Source: Candidatus Micrarchaeota archaeon
GTDB taxonomy: Archaea > Micrarchaeota > Micrarchaeia > Micrarchaeales > Micrarchaeaceae
Direction: 5' to 3'
Assembly: GCA_964433165.1 (NCBI GenBank)
Contig: CAYSQH010000001.1
Coordinates: 5,823 to 69,822, forward strand
Length of the DNA stretch: 64,000 bases
Positions within the stretch are counted from its first letter, which is position 1. Every line of letters starts with the position of its first letter. Both the position numbers and the translations under genes were made by a program. The notes under the pieces were generated by a model. The model had not been told where the DNA came from. It saw only the letters and a program-made list of their open reading frames with translations, and did not search any database. This document shows positions 17,770-26,656 of this stretch, piece after piece.

Positions 17770-19233
17770 CTAATCGAATTTCCTGAACAGCAATTCGCCC
17801 TTCGATATCTTCTCATCGAAGCTGCCCCTGAACCTGCAATCGGAGATCCTAAGCGAATCCCCGCCCATGCCCACCTTAACGGCGAGCTTCTCGGACGATG
17901 AAGGCATGAACGGATACATCAGTATAGATATCACCCTTAGCGACTCAAGCAGGTTGTAGAGCGTGCGCTCCAGCTCCTTGCCCTGCTGCTGCCATGGCCT
18001 GTTGTCGTTTACGTACTTGTTGCAGCGCCTCACGAACCCCATTATCTCCTCCAGCGCAGCATAGAGCTCTATGCCGCCCATCCTGCCCTTTATCGAATCT
18101 AGATTCAACTCCCTCTCAAGATCGTTCTCCCCCGAAAACCTTTCCATCTTCGAATTCTCTGCCAGTGTGAGCACCCTGTTCGCAAGGTTGCCGAGGTCCG
18201 CAACGAGCTCCGAATTTATCTTTTCCCTTAGCGACGCCTCGGAGAAATCGCCATCGTAGCCGAATGGCATCTCCCGCATCAGGAAGTACCTGACCGCATC
18301 GACGGGGTACTTCTTTATAAGTTCCACAGGGTCGACGAAGTTCCCTAAGGACTTGCTCATCTTCTTGCCCTCGACCGTCCACCATCCGGTCGCGAATACC
18401 TTCCTTGGAAGCTCTATGTTCGCGGACATCAGCATCGCAGGCCATATTACGGAGTGGAACCAATTTATTTCCTTCCCGACTATATGTACATCCGCAGGCC
18501 AGAATTCCCTGAAGTTGTCCCCGCCGGGCCATCCGAGCGCGCTTATGTAATTGAGTAGCGCGTCTATCCACACGTATACGGTATACGAATCATCAAACTG
18601 CACCCCCCATTTCACCGTTGCCCTGGTTATGCTTATGTCCTTGAGGCCGTCCCTCACCCTGTTCATTATCTCCTCGGACCTCAGTTTAGGGGAGAGGAAT
18701 TCGGGATTGTCCTTGTAGTGACCGAGCAGCCTTTCCTGATATTTACTGAGCCTGAAGAAGTGGGTTGGCTCCTTTATCCTCTCGACGGCCCTGCCGCACT
18801 CTGGGCACCTGCCGTCCTTGAGCTGCAGCTCCGTGAAGAACGTCTCATCCGGCACGCAGTACCAGCCCTCGTATTCCCCCTCGTATATGTCCCCGTTGTC
18901 CTGCAGCGTCTTGAGGAACCTCGACACCGCATCGGTGTGCGCCTTGTCAGTGGTCCTTATGAAATAGTCATATGATATGTCCAGCGCCTTCCACGCGCTC
19001 CTGTACTGATCTACGATCTCGTCAACGAACCGCTGCGGGCTCTTCCCCGATGCCGCGGCTGCCTTCTCTATCTTCTCCCCGTGTTCGTCCGTTCCGGTTA
19101 GGAAGAATACCTCCTCGCCGCACATCCTGTGCCATCTTGCGATTATGTCTGCGGCTATCGTCGAATAGGCATGGCCCATGTGGGGCCTGTCGTTCACGTA
19201 GTATATCGGGGTTGTGATGTAGAATCCTTTCAT
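17770..19233 (-). CDS. metG: methionyl-tRNA synthetase (core enzyme without the C-terminal tRNA-binding domain)
   Basis: MKGFYITTPIYYVNDRPHMGHAYS (HIGH-type motif), KKMSKSLGN (KMSKS) and the zinc knuckle CPECG. The start is placed at the internal ATG at 19233. Confidence 0.92.
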   Translation of the reverse strand: MKGFYITTPIYYVNDRPHMGHAYSTIAADIIARWHRMCGEEVFFLTGTDEHGEKIEKAAAASGKSPQRFVDEIVDQYRSAWKALDISYDYFIRTTDKAHTDAVSRFLKTLQDNGDIYEGEYEGWYCVPDETFFTELQLKDGRCPECGRAVERIKEPTHFFRLSKYQERLLGHYKDNPEFLSPKLRSEEIMNRVRDGLKDISITRATVKWGVQFDDSYTVYVWIDALLNYISALGWPGGDNFREFWPADVHIVGKEINWFHSVIWPAMLMSANIELPRKVFATGWWTVEGKKMSKSLGNFVDPVELIKKYPVDAVRYFLMREMPFGYDGDFSEASLREKINSELVADLGNLANRVLTLAENSKMERFSGENDLERELNLDSIKGRMGGIELYAALEEIMGFVRRCNKYVNDNRPWQQQGKELERTLYNLLESLRVISILMYPFMPSSSEKLAVKVGMGGDSLRISDCRFRGSFDEKISKGELLFRKFD

Positions 19234-19389
19234 TCGATCAACGTGAATCCATTGGGAATCCGGATTTTCAATGGCCGATCCGCCCAAAACAGCTGGTTTC
19301 GCTGCGCATCAAAAGCCCTAAATAGTTCCGGTAATAATTATTGCTTGAGGTATTTATATTATTTCTCAATAGATGAGATTGGGGGTTCT

Positions 19390-21453
19390 ATGGCAGACGC
19401 TGCGCTGGGTGCGCTCAAGGGGAAATTCGACGATTTCTACGATGCGTTCTGCAGGGATGGAATAGCGGACATGGTAACGTCGTTCCCTGACAAGCGCAGC
19501 ATGCAGATAGACGTGAAGCTGCTGAGCAGGTTCGATCCGGAGCTGGCAAGCGAGCTCATGGAAAACCCCGACATAGTCCTGGAAGCGGCAATCGAGTCGC
19601 TTAAGGAGGAGCTTGAGGACATAGACACGAAGGATAAGGAACCGCACCCTAGGTTCTTCGGGCAGAGTGTCAATACCCCGCTGGTGCAGGACGTCGGCTC
19701 CGCATACATAGGCAAGATGATAATGCTCGATAGCCTCGTCGTTAAGAGGTCTGAGATAAATCCTAAGGTCAAGGTAGGCGTGTACAAGTGCACGTACTGC
19801 GGATACGCCCAGAAATTCAGGGTGGACCGCGACGACCTCCCGGAGCTATGCCCGCAGTGCAAGAGGAGATCCCTGAAGACGGACGCCAAGGAATCGCAGT
19901 TCATAAACATGCAGAAGCTCGCAATACAGGATCCCCTGGAGAAGCTGAGGGGGAACACCCCGACGTGGCAACTGGAGGTCTGGATAGAGGACGACCTCGT
20001 GAATACCGTAGTGCCTGGGGACAGGATAGAGCTCACAGGGATACTTAGGATAAGACCGCGCAAGAACTCTCGCGGGAAGGTTGACCCCAACCTGTACACG
20101 ATGTTCCTCGACACCGTATCGATACTGCCAAAACAGAAGGAGTTCACTGACATACCCATAACGGAGGAGCAGGAGCGGCAGATACTGGAGCTCTCGAAGA
20201 ACCCCGACATATTCAAGAAGATAGCGAAGTCTATAGTCCCATCGATATACGGGTACGACGAGATAAAGGAGGCGGTGGCGCTACAGCTCTTCGGGGGCAC
20301 GACGGGGAAGAGCCTGGTAGACGGCGGGGCGATAAGGAGCGACATGCACATATTGCTCATAGGAGATCCAGGAAGCGCAAAGACGAGGATACTGCAGGCG
20401 GTATCAAAGCTCGTGCCGAAGGGAATTTACGTAAGCGGAAAATCCATAACAGGAGGAGGGATGACCGCGGTTGCCGAAAGGGACGAGTTCTCCGAGGGCG
20501 GATGGACATTGAAGGCAGGGGCACTAGTACTGGCGAGCGGGGGCATATGCACCATCGACGAATTCGACAAGGTAGGGGACGAGGACAGGGCGGCACTCCA
20601 CGAGGCCCTGGAATCCCAGACGGTAAGCGTTGCAAAGGCTGGGATAATCGCCACGTTCACGGCAAGGGCGGCGGTGCTGGCCGCCGCAAACCCGAAATAC
20701 GGGAGATTCGACCCGAACCAATACCCCGCGGAGCAGTTCGACATACCGACAACGCTTCTCTCCAGGTTCGACCTGATATTCCCGATAAAGGACAACATGG
20801 ACGTGGAGCAGGACAAGAACATAGCTAGGCACATACTCATGCAGCACCAGGCTGCCGGGGCGCAGATAGCCGAGATTCAGGGATACGAACAGGTGGAGCT
20901 GGCACCGATAAACAGCGAGCTCCTGAGGACGTACATAGCATATGCGAGGAAGGGGATACACCCGAGGCTCAGCGAGGAGGCGTCGAACAGGATACAGGAG
21001 TACTACATAGACCTCCGCAGGATAGGGTCCAAGCAGGGAGCGGTCGCGATAACGCCGAGGCAGATAGAGGGGCTTGTCAGGCTCTCGGAGGCGAGCGCGA
21101 AGGCGAGGCTCTCAAAGATAGTGGAGGTATCAGATGCGGAGATGGCGATAAACCTGAGCGAGCACATGCTCAAGACGTTGGCGGTGGACAGGGGGGGAAG
21201 GCGCGACATAGACACGATACTCACTGGAATGCCAAGGGAGAAGATAGACAGGATGAATGCGATAACAACGATAATAAGGAGGCTTGAGGACACCGAGGGC
21301 GTGGCGAAGCTGCAGCGCGTCATGGAGGAAGCGAACAAGGAGGGGATAGACGATATGCAGGCAGGGAAATACATAAGCGAGCTGGAGCGCATAGGGGACC
21401 TCTTCAGGCCCAGGACCGGGATAGTAAGGTTGGTAAAGCACGAAAACGAATAG
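19390..21453 (+). CDS. mcm: MCM replicative helicase
   Basis: The start is the ATG at 19390 (MADAALGAL). Zinc finger CTYCG...CPQCK, Walker A GDPGSAKTR, Walker B CTIDEFDK and arginine finger SRFDLIF. Confidence 0.95.
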   Translation: MADAALGALKGKFDDFYDAFCRDGIADMVTSFPDKRSMQIDVKLLSRFDPELASELMENPDIVLEAAIESLKEELEDIDTKDKEPHPRFFGQSVNTPLVQDVGSAYIGKMIMLDSLVVKRSEINPKVKVGVYKCTYCGYAQKFRVDRDDLPELCPQCKRRSLKTDAKESQFINMQKLAIQDPLEKLRGNTPTWQLEVWIEDDLVNTVVPGDRIELTGILRIRPRKNSRGKVDPNLYTMFLDTVSILPKQKEFTDIPITEEQERQILELSKNPDIFKKIAKSIVPSIYGYDEIKEAVALQLFGGTTGKSLVDGGAIRSDMHILLIGDPGSAKTRILQAVSKLVPKGIYVSGKSITGGGMTAVAERDEFSEGGWTLKAGALVLASGGICTIDEFDKVGDEDRAALHEALESQTVSVAKAGIIATFTARAAVLAAANPKYGRFDPNQYPAEQFDIPTTLLSRFDLIFPIKDNMDVEQDKNIARHILMQHQAAGAQIAEIQGYEQVELAPINSELLRTYIAYARKGIHPRLSEEASNRIQEYYIDLRRIGSKQGAVAITPRQIEGLVRLSEASAKARLSKIVEVSDAEMAINLSEHMLKTLAVDRGGRRDIDTILTGMPREKIDRMNAITTIIRRLEDTEGVAKLQRVMEEANKEGIDDMQAGKYISELERIGDLFRPRTGIVRLVKHENE

Positions 21454-21456
21454 GTA

Positions 21457-22002
21457 GTGTGTATAATGCCGAAAGTGATACTTGTAGACGAGAATGACAG
21501 GCAGACGGGCCTTGAGGAGAAGCTCGAGGCGCACAGGAAGGGCGTTCTCCACAGGGCGGTATCCGTATACATATTCAATTCAAAGGGCGAACTGATGATG
21601 CAGCGCAGGGCGATGGGTGTCTACCATTCGGAGGGGCTGTGGTCCAACACCTGCTGCACCAACTGCTACGAGGGCGAGGGCACCGAGTGGGCCGCCCACA
21701 GGAGCCTCAGAAACGAGATGGGATTCGACTGCGAATTGGCCGAAACATTCTCCACGAGGTACAATACGCCTGTCGGTGGGGGCCTCATCGAGAACGAATA
21801 CCTGCACGTGTTTTTCGGGAGGTATGATGGCGAGCCGCGGCCTGACAGCGCTGATGTCATGGGCTGGAAGTGGATGAGCATGCCCAGCCTGATCGATGAC
21901 GCTCACAGGAACAGCGGCTCGTACACCGCATGGCTAAAGATACTCCTTGGCGGGGAGCTGCCACATCATGTTGAGAAATTCATGAAAAACCGAAATAGGT
22001 GA
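21457..22002 (+). CDS. idi: isopentenyl-diphosphate delta-isomerase, type 1 (Nudix-type)
   Basis: Collinear with E. coli Idi as remembered: VILVDENDRQTG, EAH, LHRAVSVYIFN, MQRRA, WSNTCCTNC and IENEY. Confidence 0.8.
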   Translation: MCIMPKVILVDENDRQTGLEEKLEAHRKGVLHRAVSVYIFNSKGELMMQRRAMGVYHSEGLWSNTCCTNCYEGEGTEWAAHRSLRNEMGFDCELAETFSTRYNTPVGGGLIENEYLHVFFGRYDGEPRPDSADVMGWKWMSMPSLIDDAHRNSGSYTAWLKILLGGELPHHVEKFMKNRNR

Positions 22003-22006
22003 TTGC

Positions 22007-22672
22007 ATAAAAGCGACCATAAACAGATTCATAACGTTTGAGGGGATAGACGGATGCGGCAAGACCACGCAGAGTGGCATGCTTGCCGGTCTCATAAGGA
22101 AGCATGGCATCGATGTGGTCGAGACCAAGGAGCCTATGCCAAATACTGATGTAGAGAAAAGGATCAGGAAGGAGCTCAGGGATGGCATTCCAGACCCGTT
22201 TAGGTTCCAAATGCTGAACACAGATGCCAGGAGGGCTCATGTCAATGAGGTAATAGCGCCCGCGCTTGGGAGTGGCAAGTACGTCATAACGGACAGATAC
22301 ATGATGTCTACGTTCGCTTACGGCAGGGCCCAGGGCCTTGATAATGTGAGGCTAGATGCGCTTAGGAAGGCCAATGAGGAATTTCCAAGACCGATGCTCA
22401 CGTTCCTTCTCGACATCGACCCTCTTAAATCCATGAGTAGGACAGCTGAAAGGGCCAGGAGCCTCAACACCGAACAGGACCATTTCGAGAACAAGCTGGG
22501 CTTTGTAAGGAGGGTCAGGGCGTCGTACCTCATTGAGGCGGAGCATCCCTTTGATAACGGATCCGTCCACATCATAGATGCCGACAAGAGCGTTGACGAG
22601 GTTCACAAGAACATAACGGATATTCTCAGCCTTGGGATTGGTGTTTCCAATGCGCCTGGACGAAATAGATGA
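22007..22672 (+). CDS. tmk: thymidylate kinase (start codon non-canonical or uncertain)
   Basis: The P-loop FEGIDGCGKTTQ (22037-22072) is in frame upstream of the first ATG (22079). The frame opens after the TGA at 21983-21985 and has no ATG, GTG or TTG before the P-loop. The start is provisionally placed at ATA 22007, after GGTGA (21998-22002). Confidence 0.75.
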   Translation: MKATINRFITFEGIDGCGKTTQSGMLAGLIRKHGIDVVETKEPMPNTDVEKRIRKELRDGIPDPFRFQMLNTDARRAHVNEVIAPALGSGKYVITDRYMMSTFAYGRAQGLDNVRLDALRKANEEFPRPMLTFLLDIDPLKSMSRTAERARSLNTEQDHFENKLGFVRRVRASYLIEAEHPFDNGSVHIIDADKSVDEVHKNITDILSLGIGVSNAPGRNR

Positions 22673-23003
22673 TGTTCAGATCTCAGATGATGCGGAGGGA
22701 ACTAGGGTGAAGTTCATACTCGCAGGCATCGTGGACCATCATGGCTCCAAGACCATATTCGCCGCAGCCGCCGCGGAGTACCACAAGGACATCCTTGACG
22801 GCCTGATCCACATGCACAGCGGAGTGGACATAATCCCAAAGGGCGGTGGCAGGATGCTGATCGATGAGAAAAGCAGAAAAATATTCCTGTGGGGGAGGAG
22901 CAATGCATTCGGCCAATTCAACAGGAATGCGGCTGAGAGGCTCCTGAAACGCAGGTACCCTAGCTTCAGGATACTGCTGCAGGAGCCAGAGGCAGATGCG
23001 TGA
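22650..23003 (+). CDS. PHPT1/Janus-family protein (14-kDa phosphohistidine phosphatase-like)
   Basis: The 117-aa protein is collinear with human PHPT1 as remembered. IDDVQISDDAEG matches IPDVDIDSDG, AEYHKDILD matches AEYHADIYD (catalytic His), GGGRMLIDEKSRKIFLWGRSNAFG matches [24 protein letters not shown], and RRYPSF matches AKYPDY. Confidence 0.7.
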   Translation: MRLDEIDDVQISDDAEGTRVKFILAGIVDHHGSKTIFAAAAAEYHKDILDGLIHMHSGVDIIPKGGGRMLIDEKSRKIFLWGRSNAFGQFNRNAAERLLKRRYPSFRILLQEPEADA

Positions 23004-23020
23004 CGCACCTACCGCCCTTG

Positions 23021-24286
23021 TCAGTACCAGCCCCTGTATTTCATCGCGCTAGACACCCTGTCCAGTGCTATGGTATATGCAGCCAATCTAGTGTTTATCC
23101 TCTGGCCCTTCTTCGCGTATTCCTCCTGGCATGCTATGACGTCCTTGAACGACCTTGTCATTATCGCGTCGAGGCGCTTGTAGACCTCGTCCTCAGTCCA
23201 GTAGTACCCGCTCTGGTTCTGAAGCCATTCGAAATAGGAGACTATTACGCCGCCTGAATTCACCAGAAAGTCCGGAAGCCCGAAGACCTTCCTGTCGAGC
23301 AGTATCCTGTCGGCCTCGGGAGTCACCGGCCCGTTGGCCATCTCCAGCAGTATCTTCGGCTTGACCTTGTCTGCGTTCTTCGCGGTAACCTGGTTCTCCA
23401 TTGCCGCGGGTATCAGCACGTCCACGTTCAGCTGGAGGAGCTGGTCATTGGATATCCTCTCGGCGCCGCCGTACGACTGCACCTTCCCGAACCTGTTCTT
23501 AGCCTCAAGGACCTTCGCATAGTCGAGGCCGTTCTTGTTGTATATCGCGCCATAGGAGTCGCTTATCGCAACGACCTTCGAGCCGAACATCTTCCTGGCA
23601 AGCCTAAATGCATTGCCACCAACGTTGCCGAATCCCTGTATCGCTATCGTCGTCTTCTTCAGGTTAAGCTTCTTGTACTTCGCGGCTTCTCTGAGGACAT
23701 ACATGCCGCCTGCACCAGTAGCGTCGGCCCTCCCCTTTGAGCCCCATGTCTCAAGCGGCTTGCCGGTCACGGCGCCGAACTCATTGTGTCCTGCTATCTT
23801 GCTGTACTCGTCCATTATCCATGCCATCATCTGCGGCGTAGTGTACACGTCCGGGGCAAGTATGTCTATCGAAGGGCCCATGAACCTCCATATCGCCCTG
23901 GTATATGCCCTCACTATGTTCTCAAGCTCATAGTCATTCAGCTTCTTCGGGTCGCATATGACCCCACCCTTCCCTCCTCCAAGAGGTATATCAGCTAGGG
24001 CGCACTTCCATGTCATCCATGCGGAGAGCGCCTTTACGGTATCTATGTTCTCCTCTGGGTGGAACCTTATGCCGCCCTTGCACGGGCCCCTAGCGTTGTT
24101 GTAGTGAGACCTGAACCCCCTGAATATCTGCATCTTGCCGTCACGCATCCTCGCGGGAAAAGTTACAGTGAGCACCTCCATCGGCTCCCTCAGCAATGAA
24201 TGCGCCTGCTCGTCGAGCTTCATGAGTTTTGCGGCCTCATCAAGCTGCTTCTGGGCTATCTTGAAAGGATCCAATTCTTCAGCCAT
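23021..24286 (-). CDS. gdhA: glutamate dehydrogenase
   Basis: Contains RGPCKGGIRFHPEE, GGGKGG, and GFGNVG (dinucleotide fold). The start is placed at the internal ATG at 24286 (MAEELDPFK). Confidence 0.93.
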   Translation of the reverse strand: MAEELDPFKIAQKQLDEAAKLMKLDEQAHSLLREPMEVLTVTFPARMRDGKMQIFRGFRSHYNNARGPCKGGIRFHPEENIDTVKALSAWMTWKCALADIPLGGGKGGVICDPKKLNDYELENIVRAYTRAIWRFMGPSIDILAPDVYTTPQMMAWIMDEYSKIAGHNEFGAVTGKPLETWGSKGRADATGAGGMYVLREAAKYKKLNLKKTTIAIQGFGNVGGNAFRLARKMFGSKVVAISDSYGAIYNKNGLDYAKVLEAKNRFGKVQSYGGAERISNDQLLQLNVDVLIPAAMENQVTAKNADKVKPKILLEMANGPVTPEADRILLDRKVFGLPDFLVNSGGVIVSYFEWLQNQSGYYWTEDEVYKRLDAIMTRSFKDVIACQEEYAKKGQRINTRLAAYTIALDRVSSAMKYRGWY

Positions 24287-24469
24287 GACACTACCTCGTA
24301 TTTTACACCGCACATACATCACTGGATAAAAATAATAATCATTCACATTTCCCATTTTTGTGATTTGATTGGCGGACTGCTGCGACGCTTATGCGTGCAG
24401 ATGCATTCAGCAGAATTTTAGATAAGGCTTTTAAATCTATCTTTTGAATACTACACAGAGGTGTAAGAT

Positions 24470-25057
24470 ATGTTAATTAAACCTTCCAGGAGGCAGAAAG
24501 CCCAGAGCGCAATGGAGTACCTGATGACTTACGGCTGGGCGATATTGATAATTGCGGTAGTGCTGGGAGCGTTGTTCTCCCTAGGAGTTTTCAACGGCAA
24601 GAACCTGCTCGGAAGCGCATGCGTAGCTGAGTCTGGATTCTACTGCCAGAATGCAGTGTACCACCATGGGACTGTAGGAACGACGCCGGGGGCCGGCAAC
24701 GTCCTAGTACAGATAGGCCAGAATACAGGTACATCATGGACCTCTGCAATGGTAGTATTTATACCACAGGGGACGCCAACAGGTTCTAGCGGAGTGCCAG
24801 GAACGGCGAATACGTTTGCCTCGTTCGGTAGCGAACCGGGAGCTTGGGCCAACAATACATTGATGACCTCAGGGTTGGGAAGCGGGCAACAGATCAACAT
24901 ACTGCTTCCAGTCAATGGTACTGGTCCTACGGTTTCACTTGGCTCGTCCACAGCAGCAGGTACAATATGGGCAGAGTACTGCACACAGGGAACTCTCAGT
25001 GGCGGCTGCACAGCCCAATACGCCTCGGTAGCAACATTGAACCAGAAGGCTTCGTAA
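24470..25057 (+). CDS. archaeal type IV pilin-like protein with class III signal peptide
   Basis: The N-terminus is RRQKAQSAMEYLMTYGWAILIIAVVL (QxSxEY motif plus a hydrophobic helix). The rest is Gly/Thr/Ser rich. Confidence 0.8.
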   Translation: MLIKPSRRQKAQSAMEYLMTYGWAILIIAVVLGALFSLGVFNGKNLLGSACVAESGFYCQNAVYHHGTVGTTPGAGNVLVQIGQNTGTSWTSAMVVFIPQGTPTGSSGVPGTANTFASFGSEPGAWANNTLMTSGLGSGQQINILLPVNGTGPTVSLGSSTAAGTIWAEYCTQGTLSGGCTAQYASVATLNQKAS

Positions 25058-25164
25058 TCAGAAGCCTTTCTTTTTCTTTTTTTAATTTTTGTATTCCATG
25101 GATAGCAGGCGTGCTGTATACGTAAAAGTTTATAAATGCATCGTGCATATACCTAGTGGTTTGA

Positions 25165-25695
25165 ATGGCGACCATCAAGGCTCAAAGCGCAATGGAGTAC
25201 CTGATGACTTACGGCTGGGCGATACTGCTCATTGCAGTGGTTTTGTCTATCCTTTTCGGTCTCGGATTGTTCAATAGCAGCAGCAACACCATAAACAATT
25301 GCATTGCCTCGCCGGGCTTTATCTGCTCAGGCGCCATTTACAGCCATTCTGATGCGAATATCATAGTAACGCTAGGACAGGAAACAGGCAATTCCTGGGT
25401 GTCGGCCAACTTTGTATTTGCCCCGGAAGGTACGCAAATGAATAGCAATGGAGTGCCTGCAGTATTCCAGACCCAATCCGCGGTCAACACCGTATTAGAG
25501 AATACCGGGATGCAGAGCGGAGGTGAGCAGAACTTCTACCTGCCAGTAAATAGCATGGTCATCCCAGTAGCTATAGGAACCCCTATTCTTGGGAGTATAT
25601 GGGCAGAATATACATACTCATACAGCTCTAGCGGTGTATACCACACAGGGACATCGTATGCGCAGATTGCTACCCTCAGCTTGAAGGCCTCCTGA
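25165..25695 (+). CDS. archaeal type IV pilin-like protein with class III signal peptide (paralog)
   Basis: The N-terminus is MATIKAQSAMEYLMTYGWAILLIAVVL. A 39-nt run is identical to the first pilin gene (24506-24544 versus 25186-25224). Confidence 0.8.
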   Translation: MATIKAQSAMEYLMTYGWAILLIAVVLSILFGLGLFNSSSNTINNCIASPGFICSGAIYSHSDANIIVTLGQETGNSWVSANFVFAPEGTQMNSNGVPAVFQTQSAVNTVLENTGMQSGGEQNFYLPVNSMVIPVAIGTPILGSIWAEYTYSYSSSGVYHTGTSYAQIATLSLKAS

Positions 25696-25701
25696 TCTCA
25701 T

Positions 25702-26652
25702 TCACGGTCCGGGTCGGCCGGATGCCGCCCTCATCGTCCTGAGCTCCTCCTTCATCCTCAGTACTTCATTGAGCTCGTTCGCACTAAGCAATGGCTTGGG
25801 CAGCCTTCCGGTATCATCGACCGCTATCCTAGGGCATGCGGTATTCACAAAGGCGTCGAACTCCAACATGTTGGATATGGATTCAAAATCGAATGTATTG
25901 GCAACGAGCACCTGGGCCCTCAGCCCCGAATTCTCTATTCGCCTATTTAGGAGCTTCCCAAGCTCCAGGTTGTGCTGGCCGTTCTTCGTGCTGACGAGTA
26001 TCCCGAACCTCTCCGCATCAAGAGATGCCAGAATCCTGCCCCTGCTCTTCCTGGCATGCTCCACCCTCATGTGGTCTATGAACCCCACGGTTCCCGCAAA
26101 TGGCTCGATGGCCAGGAACGGTTTCTTCGTAGCAAGGAGCGCACCCAGCGGATGGAATATCCCGCCGCCGAAATAGACGTGTGCATCTACGACGCGGTCG
26201 ACAGTCGCGGCGCTACCCACGTCGCAGCCCAGTATCTGCCCGGGGAGCTTTGCGAAGCCGTACGGCTTCCCTATCACGACCTCCTTGCCATTGCCCTCGT
26301 AGAACCTCCTTATGTCATCCAGCTGGTGCGCGTGCTGTATCGTAGTCACTATCCCTATCCTGTTGAAATCCTTCAGGTATTCCAATGACTCCCCTAGAAG
26401 CGGAAGCGGGGCGTCGATCCTGTATTCGACATACTGTATCTCGAATTCAGCACTTGCCTTGTGGAACTCCCCGTGGCCGAAGTGTACCAACTTGTCCACA
26501 TGTAGGGACCTTGCCTCATCTAGGGCGAGGTCGCACGCGCCGAAAGTAGGGGACGCCGATATGAAGACCTCGTGGCCTTCCCTCTCCAATGAGGTTGCGT
26601 GCTCAACGGCCTTTTGTTTCAGCCCTTCGGGGAATTGCAGTAGTATCCTCAT
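25702..26652 (-). CDS. dph2: diphthamide biosynthesis protein Dph2 (2-(3-amino-3-carboxypropyl)histidine synthase)
   Basis: MRILLQFPEGLK, FISASPTFGACD, GCDVGSA and the overall Dph2 layout. The start is placed at the ATG at 26652, just after the upstream stop. Confidence 0.85.
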   Translation of the reverse strand: MRILLQFPEGLKQKAVEHATSLEREGHEVFISASPTFGACDLALDEARSLHVDKLVHFGHGEFHKASAEFEIQYVEYRIDAPLPLLGESLEYLKDFNRIGIVTTIQHAHQLDDIRRFYEGNGKEVVIGKPYGFAKLPGQILGCDVGSAATVDRVVDAHVYFGGGIFHPLGALLATKKPFLAIEPFAGTVGFIDHMRVEHARKSRGRILASLDAERFGILVSTKNGQHNLELGKLLNRRIENSGLRAQVLVANTFDFESISNMLEFDAFVNTACPRIAVDDTGRLPKPLLSANELNEVLRMKEELRTMRAASGRPGP

Positions 26653-26656
26653 GCCA

